A stretch of 64,000 bases of DNA from positions 1,024,001 to 1,088,000 of the forward strand of contig CAXXQS010000001.1 in the NCBI GenBank assembly GCA_963674735.2, written 5' to 3'. Origin of the DNA: Myxococcota bacterium (lineage in GTDB: Bacteria; Myxococcota_A; SURF-8). The notes below the pieces were generated by a model. That model did no database searches and was not told where the DNA came from. It saw nothing but the letters and a program-made list of their open reading frames with translations. Both the position numbers and the translations under genes were made by a program. Of the stretch, positions 26,476 to 36,097 are shown one piece after another. Each line of letters begins with the position of its first letter. Within the stretch, counting starts at the first letter, position 1.

Positions 26476-27552
26476 TCACTCCGCGCATTCCGGTTTGGCG
26501 TTGGCGGTAGCGGAACCGTCGCAGACGACCACGTGCTCGTTGACCAAGTCGGGGTAGAGATCGAGGAGCTGGCAGGTGTAGTAGTCGGGATCGTAGCCGT
26601 GCGTTTTGCAGGTGGAGTAGGCCTCGCGGCCTTCCGTGCCTTCGCGCCAGGAGATGCCGCAATACTGCCCTTTGCAGAAGGGATCGCCCGGGCAGTCTTC
26701 GAGGTTCAAGCAGCCGACGTTGGCGTCTTTCACGCAGTAGCCGATGAGGTAGTTCATTTCATCGTAGGCCATGGCCGAGGCCGCCCCGCGATGGCGCGCC
26801 GCGCAGGTGTAGCCGTCGGGGCAGGGATCCACCGGCGTGCAGATGCGGCAGTCCAGATCGGCGCAGATCGGCTCGTTCACGCCCACCGGAAATGCGTAAG
26901 CACCGCCATAGGGCCACAGTTCGTTCATGTTACCCGCTGGGAAGTATTGGGAGGGATCGAAATCGGTTGTTTCAGGCGTATTGAATGCGCGGTGTGGTCT
27001 TGATATCTCATTATTGGTAGTGAAACTGCTGATCGTTGCGCTACTGAAATAGCAGCCATCGCAATAATCGCTCAGGGCGCATTTATCGTTTGTGTCGTTC
27101 ACACAGAGCATACGGCTGCCATTGAGTGGGCAGTCACCCGACCAGCCCAAACTGCCGTCTTCAAATATCTTGGGTACACAACCTTGATGTTTGTACATGT
27201 ATCCTTCAACACACCAATCAATATCCGGTCCGACACAACTTCGATCCAGGCATTCCTGCAGATCGTCAAGATAAACGGCACAGTCTGTTGAATCGACACA
27301 CGGTCCGCTCAATCGCTCTTTGTAGTATGTTTTCACGCCCCAGAAGCAGATCGTACATAGATCCATGATGGACTCATCAAGCGGGGGAACATAGTCGTAA
27401 TCACATAATTCGACATCGTCTTCCATCACGTCTACATCTCCATCATCATCAGCCGTGTCCTGCGATTCGGAATTGCAGGCGACAAATAACCCAACAAGAA
27501 ACCCGATTAGAAGCAACGAGATGGCCTTGTTGTTTATGTGAAGCATGGACAT
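26476..27552 (-). CDS. Cys-rich hypothetical lipoprotein
   Basis: Lipobox FVA-C, DDDGDVD, more than 25 Cys; GGAG RBS upstream. Confidence 0.8.
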   Translation of the reverse strand: MSMLHINNKAISLLLIGFLVGLFVACNSESQDTADDDGDVDVMEDDVELCDYDYVPPLDESIMDLCTICFWGVKTYYKERLSGPCVDSTDCAVYLDDLQECLDRSCVGPDIDWCVEGYMYKHQGCVPKIFEDGSLGWSGDCPLNGSRMLCVNDTNDKCALSDYCDGCYFSSATISSFTTNNEISRPHRAFNTPETTDFDPSQYFPAGNMNELWPYGGAYAFPVGVNEPICADLDCRICTPVDPCPDGYTCAARHRGAASAMAYDEMNYLIGYCVKDANVGCLNLEDCPGDPFCKGQYCGISWREGTEGREAYSTCKTHGYDPDYYTCQLLDLYPDLVNEHVVVCDGSATANAKPECAE

Positions 27553-27637
27553 GCGCTTTCTCCAATCTGATTAAGGTATCGGACACCAGCCGGTATCGCA
27601 CCAGCCGGGATAGCCTGTTGCCGAGACCCCTTCTTCC

Positions 27638-27665
27638 AGTATGCAGACGCCACTCGCCCTGTCAA
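27638..27665 (-). promoter_or_regulatory. Putative sigma70 promoter
   Basis: TTGACA-N16-CATACT on the minus strand, upstream of the Cys-rich lipoprotein. Confidence 0.5.
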
Positions 27666-27848
27666 CCCAATATTGAGTCAATTGTTACGGCAACAGGGTG
27701 TTACGGCTTGAATGTGGGTGAAGGATCGCCGAAGAGCGGGGGGCGGGTGCCTGAAGCAACTTACGAATCTCCCTCGCGAGGACGATTCTCGCATGTTAGG
27801 CGACTGTGATCGGCTTTACAAAATTGATGTGCAGGCGGGCGAAGTTGG

Positions 27849-28943
27849 TCAGGCTTTCTTCCCATCCCCCGACGAATAGCGGAAGGGGTGCGATTTGACC
27901 CGCGCGCAATCAAACACGAAGTCCTTTCCGAAGGCTTGGGACGGCGTGTAAGCCCCCGGCCTTACTTGCTCGTCCAGCACGGCCAGTACGGCCCGGATAG
28001 CGCTGTCGGCTGTGAAACTGTAACCCTCGGGTGTGGTCAACGCACCCTGCACCCAATCGCCGTTTGCGTTGCGCACCTCGCCCCAGACGTCCGTATAGCC
28101 GCTGATGCGCAAGGCTTCATCCGGTCCCTTCACCAGCCAACCCGCCAGCGTCTGGGCCAAACTCCGCAGGGGAGCCAGCTTCAACAACGGCTGAAGCCTG
28201 GCCCCACGCTTGAGGCTTTTTACCGCCGCCAACGGCATGGACATATACGTGGTGATGGTGGGAATGCCGGTGGAATGGTAAGCCGAACTGACGTCCCCCC
28301 AAGGGATGGACACCACATGCGGTTTCGCGCGAGGGAAGGGGACACTCCGCGATTTCCAGGCCGCCGGAACCGGTACGATGCGTCCATCGATACGCGCCGC
28401 CCCGCCCTTCGCCTTGCCCATCCCCTCGATCATGGTCTTGGTGGTACCGGGGCTCATTTTGCCGACCCCGCCGAAAGCCAGGTCGAGTTCGGTGGCATCG
28501 GGCAACTGCTCGGCCAGCATGGCGGCCAGGCAATCCGTGGGCACCACATCGAAACCGACCCCCGGGATGGCCGTGATTCCCGCCGTCTGCGCCTGCCGGT
28601 GACGCCCCAAGACGTCCTCCAGCACCTCGATTTCACCGGTGATATCCAGGTAATGCGTAGCCCCGCGCAAACAGGCGTCGAACATCGGGCGGCTGGTGCG
28701 CGAAAAGGGTCCGGCCATGTGAACGACCGCATCGACCTCCGCCAGTGCGTGGTCGAGTTGCCGAGGATCGTTCAAGTCCACCTGTCGCCAAGGCAAGTCC
28801 AAAGCCTCGGCCACCGCCCGCACGCGAGATTCGGAGCGCCCCGCCAACACGGGCTTGAGTCCGCGTTCGGCGGCCAGTTGCGCCGTGAGACGGCCGGTGT
28901 AGCCGTTGGCTCCGTATATCATCCACTGTTTGTCATTCGACAT
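27849..28943 (-). CDS. Saccharopine dehydrogenase-like / trans-acting enoyl reductase family oxidoreductase
   Basis: IYGANGYTG, LAGR, AGPF, HYLDITGE, GFDVVPTDCL, TPSQAFG; GGAG RBS before ATG 28943. Confidence 0.9.
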   Translation of the reverse strand: MSNDKQWMIYGANGYTGRLTAQLAAERGLKPVLAGRSESRVRAVAEALDLPWRQVDLNDPRQLDHALAEVDAVVHMAGPFSRTSRPMFDACLRGATHYLDITGEIEVLEDVLGRHRQAQTAGITAIPGVGFDVVPTDCLAAMLAEQLPDATELDLAFGGVGKMSPGTTKTMIEGMGKAKGGAARIDGRIVPVPAAWKSRSVPFPRAKPHVVSIPWGDVSSAYHSTGIPTITTYMSMPLAAVKSLKRGARLQPLLKLAPLRSLAQTLAGWLVKGPDEALRISGYTDVWGEVRNANGDWVQGALTTPEGYSFTADSAIRAVLAVLDEQVRPGAYTPSQAFGKDFVFDCARVKSHPFRYSSGDGKKA

Positions 28944-29107
28944 GGCAACTCCTGGGTCAATCACGTTTTCTCGTTTCGTAAACAAGAGAGACGCCGCGGC
29001 GCCTTTCATTCCGCGAAATTCGCGGTTCTCCCGGTCCTCGGCCGTGTCATTCTTGGCATCTGTTTGTCATTTTGCCCTAACGGTCATGATCGTGTGGGAA
29101 AAATCCA

Positions 29108-29136
29108 TTGCCCTTGTTGGCTATTATACCTATAAT
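29108..29136 (+). promoter_or_regulatory. Putative sigma70 promoter
   Basis: TTGCCC-N17-TATAAT upstream of the 5'-nucleotidase gene. Confidence 0.55.
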
Positions 29137-29189
29137 GCCGCCAAACATGACGGGTATCAAATTGTTCGTGAATAATTACACGGAGATGA

Positions 29190-30776
29190 ATGCTGAGAAC
29201 GCTGCGTATTTTCCTCGCATCCATGCAGAGTAAATATCTTGCCAAGTGGTTACTGGCTGTCATGGTCGTCATCCTCTCGACGCATTTTCTTGCGTGCGAG
29301 AGTGAAACTCCGAAAACTCTTACGGTAGAATCCAAGCAGCTTACCTTCTTATTTTTCAACGATTTTCATGGGCACCTGAAGCCGTTCACGCGGGCCTATG
29401 GCGATGAGTATCTGTCGGGAGGCTTTGCGCATTTGGCGGCCATGACAGAAGAAATCCGAACGAAAAATATCGAACGTAATGTGGCGACTTATTTGTTTTC
29501 GGGCGGGGACAATTTGCAGGGAACCCCTCTTTCGACAGCATTCATGGGACAAGCCGAGTTCGAAGCTTTCAATGCCGCCGGGGTCGATGCTTCGGTTGTC
29601 GGCAATCATGATCTTGACTACGGTCTTGAAAACTTGCTGTATTTGCGGGATCTAGCGGATTTCCCCCTGCTATCGGCTAATATTTACGAGCTGAATACCT
29701 CGAAACGACTTTTTCAGCCTTACAAAATATTCAATGATCCTAGTGGATTACGTGTGGGAGTGGTTGGTCTGACGACGCCGGAAACGGTGATGACGACCCA
29801 TCCTTTAAATGTCCAGTCGATACGTTTCACTCGACCCGACCTTGCCATGCAATCCCTGCTTCTCAGTCTGCTCAAAAAAACGGATGTCCTCGTCGTTCTC
29901 AGTCATTTGGGCTTGCGGGACGATCTTGAGCTGGCGCGTCAATACCCTGAAATCAATGTGATTATTGGGGGGCATAGCCATTCGATGACAACGGAACCGA
30001 TGCGCGTCGGTGATGTCTTGATTTGCCAAGCCGGTGATCGTGGTTTGATGCTCGGTCGGCTTGATTTGGAAGTTTTGGATAATCGTGTGTATATGACTGA
30101 TTTCACGATGCTTCCCGTCATGCCCAGCCGGAGCAAACACGAGGGTGTCGCAGCCGTGATCGACTCGTTTGATAGCAAGCTCAGTACGGAGATTAGCCGA
30201 GTTGTTGGACGATCGGATAGCCTGCTAAACGCCGAGCGTGCGTCAATCCGCCTGCGCGAAACCAATCTGGGCGATTTGACCAGCGACTTGATGCGTCTAC
30301 AAACGGATAGCGATGTGGCGGTGATCAACGGTGGCGCCATAAGATCGAGCATTCTTGAAGGGGACATTACGCTTGAAAGCGTGATGCGTGCCTATCCCAT
30401 GAACAATGAAATCGTGACCATGAATGTAACCGGTGAGCAATTGCTGCTAGCTTTGCGTAGATCGATAAAAGGGATGCTTTCGCGCGGACCCAGTCATCCG
30501 TTCGGAGGCTTTTTGCAGGTTTCCGGGGTTCGTTTGGTTGTTGAAAGCGGACAGCTTATGCGTGTCTTTATTGGTGGGAAATCGTTGCAACTCTATAAAG
30601 ATTATCGTTTGGCAACGATTGATTTTCTGGCTGCCGGCGGTGATGGATATCGTGAATTAAAGGAGGGTCGCGATCACTACAATACTGGAATCAACCTGCG
30701 AGATATGTTTGTTAATTATTTAAAACAGAAAAACCATCTGAGAGTCGAGACGGATGGTCGGATGATATTCAGATAG
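29190..30776 (+). CDS. Bifunctional metallophosphatase / 5'-nucleotidase lipoprotein
   Basis: NDFHG, GGD, GNHD, LSH.G, GGHSH, NGGAIR, FLAAGGDGY; lipobox FLA-C. Confidence 0.93.
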   Translation: MLRTLRIFLASMQSKYLAKWLLAVMVVILSTHFLACESETPKTLTVESKQLTFLFFNDFHGHLKPFTRAYGDEYLSGGFAHLAAMTEEIRTKNIERNVATYLFSGGDNLQGTPLSTAFMGQAEFEAFNAAGVDASVVGNHDLDYGLENLLYLRDLADFPLLSANIYELNTSKRLFQPYKIFNDPSGLRVGVVGLTTPETVMTTHPLNVQSIRFTRPDLAMQSLLLSLLKKTDVLVVLSHLGLRDDLELARQYPEINVIIGGHSHSMTTEPMRVGDVLICQAGDRGLMLGRLDLEVLDNRVYMTDFTMLPVMPSRSKHEGVAAVIDSFDSKLSTEISRVVGRSDSLLNAERASIRLRETNLGDLTSDLMRLQTDSDVAVINGGAIRSSILEGDITLESVMRAYPMNNEIVTMNVTGEQLLLALRRSIKGMLSRGPSHPFGGFLQVSGVRLVVESGQLMRVFIGGKSLQLYKDYRLATIDFLAAGGDGYRELKEGRDHYNTGINLRDMFVNYLKQKNHLRVETDGRMIFR

Positions 30777-30860
30777 CAAAATCCTTGAAAATTAAAGGGG
30801 AATTGACTTTGCTTGCCAGATCCGGTAGAAAAAGGCAGTTATAATTGCTTGGGGAAAGTT

Positions 30861-31949
30861 ATGGATTCAAGCCTAGGCAGAGGCAACTTCTTTATTACTT
30901 GGGCTTGGCGTATGGCCATGATGGTGTTGATCCTGACACCGTTGGCTGTCCTGGCAGCTAAGCCAGCACAATCGAGTGAAGTGTTGAAAATTGGGAGCGT
31001 CGCTCCCGATAATACCCCGTGGGCAAAACTACTTCGAGAGTTTAACCGCCGTTTCCAAGCCTCGGGCGAGATGCCGATCCGTTTTGAATATGGATTTGGC
31101 GGTTCGATGGGGGGGGAACACCAACTTCTCAAACGCTGCCGAGAAGGAAAAATTGCCATTGCCGGTGTCAGTTCGACGATCGTTGCCAATCTTCTTCCCG
31201 AACTGAATTTACTGGAATTGCCCTATCTGTTTGATTCAAATGATGAAATCGATCTGATAATCGAAGAAGTGATCGATCCGGCGGTTCGTCCCAAGCTTCA
31301 TGAACTAGGGTTGGAAATCTTGTTGTGGACAGATAATGGCTACAAAAACATTGCAACGGTTAAGAAACCTATTCGGTCTCTTCAGGATATGGAAGGGCTC
31401 AAATTGCGTTCGCAGGAGAGTCCGCTGTACAAAGCGTTGTTTCGTTCATTGGGAGCGAGCTGTGTCTGTTTGAATATTCGTGAAGTTGCCGAAGCTCTTC
31501 AAGCTGGAGTCGTGGATGGCTTTGATAATACGCCCTTATTCACGTTTTCGTCGGGGCTGTATCATTACGTAAAGCATTACACGCAAACTCGCCACTCCTA
31601 TCAGCCCGTCTTAATGCTGGCCTCCCGGAAAGTACTGGAAGCGATGGATGAAAATGTCAGGCAGGCTTTTATCGCAGAAGCTCGAAATCTAAAGGAGTTT
31701 GGACGTCGAGAAATTCGTTTGGGTCAAATCGAGGCGCTGGATAAACTGAAAAAGAGTGGAATTCAAATTCATCGACTTGAATTAGCAAATCGTGCAAGTA
31801 TTATCGAAGCCTCTCGTAAGGTTTATGATAGTGTTGAGACGTTAGTTGGACCCGACGGCATGATCTTGCTTGCCCGCGTTCGAAAAACCTTGGCGGAAAG
31901 ACGGAAATCGCAGTTTTCGCAGGAGAAAGATAAACGTGCAACATATTGA
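30861..31949 (+). CDS. dctP: TRAP transporter substrate-binding protein DctP
   Basis: LKIGSVAPDNTPW, GG.MGGE, LELPYLF, PIRSLQDMEGLKLR, ALQAGVVDG. Start position uncertain. Confidence 0.88.
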   Translation: MDSSLGRGNFFITWAWRMAMMVLILTPLAVLAAKPAQSSEVLKIGSVAPDNTPWAKLLREFNRRFQASGEMPIRFEYGFGGSMGGEHQLLKRCREGKIAIAGVSSTIVANLLPELNLLELPYLFDSNDEIDLIIEEVIDPAVRPKLHELGLEILLWTDNGYKNIATVKKPIRSLQDMEGLKLRSQESPLYKALFRSLGASCVCLNIREVAEALQAGVVDGFDNTPLFTFSSGLYHYVKHYTQTRHSYQPVLMLASRKVLEAMDENVRQAFIAEARNLKEFGRREIRLGQIEALDKLKKSGIQIHRLELANRASIIEASRKVYDSVETLVGPDGMILLARVRKTLAERRKSQFSQEKDKRATY

Positions 31950-32775
31950 ATCAACACTTGAAGGTGCAGATGGGACGAGTCTATTCATGCTTCGGCATGA
32001 ACTTGATGAGCCTAAAGCTGCGGTGGTGATCCTACATGGATACTGTGAACACTGTTTGCGTTACGGTCATGTGGTTGATCACTTCGAGAAGCAAGGTTTG
32101 AATAGTTACTTGATCGATCATCGGGGGCATGGCCGATCAGAGGGACCACGGGCGGCTGTCCTTCGATGGGAGGAATACCTCGACGATGTCGAGATCTTTC
32201 TTGCGGAAGTGAGAAAACATTACACGGAAGGGCCGCTTTTTCTGCTTGGACACAGCATGGGTGGGTTGATTGCCACCAGCTATGTGCTTAATCGCAAACC
32301 GAAGCTGGATGGTGTTATTCTTTCGTCGCCATATCTTGGCCTGAAGGCCGATGTGCCGCAATGGAAGGCGGTGGCAGGAAAAGTGATGTCGCGTCTGTGG
32401 CCGTCGATTTCGCTCAAATCGGATTTGGATCCTCATCTCTTATCTCACGACCAAGCGGTGGTGCAGGATTATATCTCCGATCCCAATGTGCCAAAGTTGG
32501 CCAATGCGCGTTGGTTTACAGAATCGAACAAATGGCAGGAGTATGTTCAGGAGAAGGCGTCAGGATGGGGTTTGCCAGCGCTTGTCATGCATGGTGGGGA
32601 CGACCGCATTGCCGATCCGTCTGCAACGCGCCGTTTTCACGAACAAATTCCGGACAGCTTGGCGAAACTGATCATTTTCGAAGGCATGTATCACGAAATC
32701 TACAACGAAGTGGATCGCATTCAGGTTTTAAACGCAACGACGGACTGGATTGCCGGGCGGCTGCAGGAGGGGTGA
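31936..32775 (+). CDS. Lysophospholipase / monoacylglycerol lipase (Hydrolase_4)
   Basis: HGYCEH..RY, DHRGHGRS, GHSMGG, HGGDD, YHEIYNE; AGGAG RBS then GTG 31936. Confidence 0.9.
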   Translation: MQHIESTLEGADGTSLFMLRHELDEPKAAVVILHGYCEHCLRYGHVVDHFEKQGLNSYLIDHRGHGRSEGPRAAVLRWEEYLDDVEIFLAEVRKHYTEGPLFLLGHSMGGLIATSYVLNRKPKLDGVILSSPYLGLKADVPQWKAVAGKVMSRLWPSISLKSDLDPHLLSHDQAVVQDYISDPNVPKLANARWFTESNKWQEYVQEKASGWGLPALVMHGGDDRIADPSATRRFHEQIPDSLAKLIIFEGMYHEIYNEVDRIQVLNATTDWIAGRLQEG

Positions 32776-32778
32776 ATC

Positions 32779-33600
32779 TTGGCTGATCAAGACCGTGCAG
32801 TAGCGAGCCTGACAACCCGGTCCAAATTTGTGGTCCCCAATATGATCACCGCCACAAGCCTGGTGATGGGGCTCATTTCGATCTTTTACTCGTACAATGC
32901 AAACTATGTGGTTGCATCCTGGGTGATTCTTTACAGTGTGATTCTCGACAAGCTCGACGGCTCGACGGCGCGCGCCTTGAATGCGTCTACTCTCTTCGGG
33001 ACGGAATTCGATTCCTTCTCCGACTTCATTGCTTTCGGTTGTGCTCCGGCTTTTCTGGTCTTTGCCATTTGCACAAGCGATCCGATGGTAAAAGTGGCTT
33101 TCGAAAAATCCGAACACCCCTTATTCCTCTACATTTCCGTCATCTTTTTCATCTTGGCTTCGGCATTGAGATTGGCACGTTTTAACATCAAAGCTGAATC
33201 GGATTCTCCGTTCATGATCGGAGTCGCGACCACGGTTTGCGGAGCCTATATCGCTTCCTATATCCTTACGGCTTACAAGTACCTGGATTTCGAATTAAGC
33301 CTGAAATTACTTCAGAATCTCCCCTACGTGCTTATGATTCTAGGGGCGCTTGAAATTTCGAATGTGCCTGTACGGAAATTCGGGAGGCGTCCTAAGAAAT
33401 GGCTGAGGATGGTGGATTATTCTGTTTTCATGCTCGGTTTGGTTTGTATTCTCACCCGATCTTTCCCCGAAGTTTTGCTCTTTTCCGGTACCATCTTCAT
33501 TTTTCTTGCGTTAGAACAGTACCTCTTCCATCGAGAAGAAATATTCGCCCAAATACCCGCCCAGACGAGTCCGGATGACAAAGAGGAAACCGAGCCGTGA
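32779..33600 (+). CDS. pssA: CDP-alcohol phosphatidyltransferase (phosphatidylserine synthase-like)
   Basis: PNMIT, DKLDGSTAR..S..G.EFDSFSDFIAFG.AP, LRLARFN. Confidence 0.85.
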   Translation: MADQDRAVASLTTRSKFVVPNMITATSLVMGLISIFYSYNANYVVASWVILYSVILDKLDGSTARALNASTLFGTEFDSFSDFIAFGCAPAFLVFAICTSDPMVKVAFEKSEHPLFLYISVIFFILASALRLARFNIKAESDSPFMIGVATTVCGAYIASYILTAYKYLDFELSLKLLQNLPYVLMILGALEISNVPVRKFGRRPKKWLRMVDYSVFMLGLVCILTRSFPEVLLFSGTIFIFLALEQYLFHREEIFAQIPAQTSPDDKEETEP

Positions 33601-34778
33601 GTGCAGCGGTTTTAAGCGGCTTTGATCTTTTAGTCGCGGAAAAATTTAAGCGGTTAAAAGGACGGCGTGTTGCGATCTTGGCACATCAACCCAGTGTGGA
33701 CGGTCATTACCGCCATCTCGTTGATGTGATAGCCGATCAGTCGGACATTGAAATCGTGCGTCTATTCGCTCCTGAGCATGGTTTCTACGGTGACGCTCAG
33801 GATCAGGTTGCCCTATCGAAAAACAGCCGTTTGCGGGATGTGGACGTCGTCAATCTGTATGGAGAGAGCTTCGACTCGCTTTGGCCGCCGGACCAGGCCT
33901 TCGATCAAGTCGATCTGCTGCTGGTAGATATCCAGGATGTGGGAAGCCGCTATTATACCTACTTCGCCACGCTGGCTTTTTGCTTGGAACGAGCGGCTAA
34001 AAAGGGCATTGCGGTCTGTGTTCTCGATCGCCCAAATCCCTTAGGCGGGGAGGTGCTGGAAGGTGGATATCTCGAAGCCGCCATGAAGTCTTTTGTCGGC
34101 TGGTTTCGGATCCCTGTTCGTCACGGGATGACGGTTGGTGAACTGGCTCGGTGGGTCAATGAGCAAGAAGGATACCACGCCGATTTGGATGTTGTCGAGA
34201 TGGTTGGCTGGCGACGCTCGATGGCATGGGAATATTGCGGGTTGCCTTGGGTGATGCCGTCGCCCAATATGCCGACGCCCGATACGGCTCGTGTGTATCC
34301 CGGGGCTTGTTTGCTGGAAGGCACCAACATCTCCGAAGGCCGTGGAACCACACGACCTTTCGAGTTATTCGGTTCACCTTGGCTTGATACCCGAGAATTG
34401 ACCAAGCGCTTGGCTGCCGACAAACTTCCGGGTGTCCGGTTCCGTGAAACGGCCTTTCTGCCCCAATTTCATAAGTATGCCGGGACGGTTTGCCGGGCTC
34501 TTCAACTGCACGTCACCGATTCGTCTCTTTTCCGCTCCTGGCTCACGTATATCCGGATCCTCACTCATGTCGCCGCCATACACGAACAATTCGATTGGTA
34601 TCGTGGAACATATGAATTTGTAACCGACCGGTTAGCGATTGATCTGCTTCTAGGCGATTCCCGTTTGCGTCGTGCAATTGAAGACCAGGAGTCCGTCGAC
34701 TTCTTCCGAGATTGGGAACAGAATGCTTGCAAGGATTTCAGCCTTTCTCGCCACTTCGCCATTCGATACGCCGAATAG
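33597..34778 (+). CDS. namZ: DUF1343 / exo-beta-N-acetylmuramidase NamZ family
   Basis: LFAPEHGF, DIQDVGSRYYTY, LDRPNP, RHGMTVGE, PSPNMP, SEGRGTTRPFE. Confidence 0.9.
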   Translation: MSAAVLSGFDLLVAEKFKRLKGRRVAILAHQPSVDGHYRHLVDVIADQSDIEIVRLFAPEHGFYGDAQDQVALSKNSRLRDVDVVNLYGESFDSLWPPDQAFDQVDLLLVDIQDVGSRYYTYFATLAFCLERAAKKGIAVCVLDRPNPLGGEVLEGGYLEAAMKSFVGWFRIPVRHGMTVGELARWVNEQEGYHADLDVVEMVGWRRSMAWEYCGLPWVMPSPNMPTPDTARVYPGACLLEGTNISEGRGTTRPFELFGSPWLDTRELTKRLAADKLPGVRFRETAFLPQFHKYAGTVCRALQLHVTDSSLFRSWLTYIRILTHVAAIHEQFDWYRGTYEFVTDRLAIDLLLGDSRLRRAIEDQESVDFFRDWEQNACKDFSLSRHFAIRYAE

Positions 34779-34782
34779 GGGA

Positions 34783-36060
34783 ATGTCGAAGGACTTGGAG
34801 AGCATCGGTCCCTATCGTTTGATCAGGCGCTTGGGGAGCGGTGGTATGGCCGATGTGTATCTGGCCGAGAAGGCCGAGGCGCGCGGCGTTTTTAGAAAAG
34901 TGGCTTTAAAGCGTATCCATCCCCATCTTGCCCGTGATCCGAAATTTGTCGATCTGTTTATCCGGGAAGCATCCATTGCCCTTGATTTGAAACACCCAAA
35001 CTGTGTAACCGTACTAGGGTTCGAAGAGATCGAGGGCGGATTGTTGTTGGCTCTCGACTATATCGACGGTGTGACGCTGGAAGAAGTGAAAAAGGGTTGG
35101 ACCCCTGGTGCGGCATCTCAGGTACTATTAGGGGTTCTGGATGGTCTTGCTGCGGCGCATAGGCATTCCAAAGGGGCCATTGTCCACCGAGATGTGAGTC
35201 CGACCAATATTTTGATCGACCGTGACGGGCATGTGAAATTGATGGATTTCGGTGTCGCCCGCGCGATGGATGATCTGTCGGTAACGGAGCCGCGAGGTGT
35301 CCGTCGCTATGCCGCTCCTGAAGCCTCGCTCGGACAAGCGGTTGGGCCTCCGGCAGACCTCTATAGTCTTGCACGAACCTGTTTGGATGTCTGGGGTGTC
35401 GATGCGCCTCTACCGTTTACAGATGAAGCGGAAAGAGTGGAGTGGCTGGAATGTCGGAAGGTAGATTGGAAGGCGGTTTTAAAACCAATTTCGACTTGGC
35501 TATACGAGAATCCTGAAGCACGTCCCGGCGATGCGCAAGCGGCATTGAATGAATGTGAAAACGATCTCTCCGTGGACTTGGTTGCCGGACGACGTGAACT
35601 ACAGACGATAATCGAGCAAAATTCGGGGGGCGAATGCTCCGATGCTGTTCCGGGGCCGCGACGGACGCGAGTTTTAGAACCTGTGACTTCGAAATCAATG
35701 GAGAAGAAGCTTGACGAACACCGCAGATGGAGCGGAGTATGGGTGGCCGTCTCGATTCTTGTTATTTTGGGTGCCTTGATTGCAACGACCATGAGCGTTC
35801 TGAATCAGTCTACTTCTCATCCAGCTAACGTTAAAAGCGCTTATCCCCTTGTTCTGGATGCTCTTTTGAGGATCGACTCAAAACCGGATGCGAGCGTTCG
35901 TCTCGATGGAACACCGGTTGGAGAAACGCCGATAGTTATCAAAGCCAGTCCGGGACGTCATGATGTTGAGCTTGTTAGTGGGGAAGGGCAGGGAATTTAT
36001 CGGAAAACGGTTTACCTTCAGCCTGGACCCAACGCCGAAATATATGAATCTTTCAAATAG
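34783..36060 (+). CDS. Ser/Thr protein kinase with TM helix and C-terminal PEGA domain
   Basis: LGSGGMADVY, VALK, HRDVSPTN, DFG, APE; TM; IDSKPDASVRLDG..GETP. ATG 34783. Confidence 0.9.
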   Translation: MSKDLESIGPYRLIRRLGSGGMADVYLAEKAEARGVFRKVALKRIHPHLARDPKFVDLFIREASIALDLKHPNCVTVLGFEEIEGGLLLALDYIDGVTLEEVKKGWTPGAASQVLLGVLDGLAAAHRHSKGAIVHRDVSPTNILIDRDGHVKLMDFGVARAMDDLSVTEPRGVRRYAAPEASLGQAVGPPADLYSLARTCLDVWGVDAPLPFTDEAERVEWLECRKVDWKAVLKPISTWLYENPEARPGDAQAALNECENDLSVDLVAGRRELQTIIEQNSGGECSDAVPGPRRTRVLEPVTSKSMEKKLDEHRRWSGVWVAVSILVILGALIATTMSVLNQSTSHPANVKSAYPLVLDALLRIDSKPDASVRLDGTPVGETPIVIKASPGRHDVELVSGEGQGIYRKTVYLQPGPNAEIYESFK

Positions 36061-36097
36061 CCTGGACGAATCGATTCACCGTTAATGCGTTTGGTAC

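Noticed and set aside
27888-29135. 415-aa plus-strand ORF
   Set aside because: Antisense shadow of the GC-rich saccharopine dehydrogenase-like gene; no motifs.
9535-30776. Animal-like ANKH plus ecto-nucleotidase mineralisation pathway
   Set aside because: The genes are about 18 kb apart, the nucleotidase is an ordinary bacterial type, and the transporter's substrate is unknown; analogy only.
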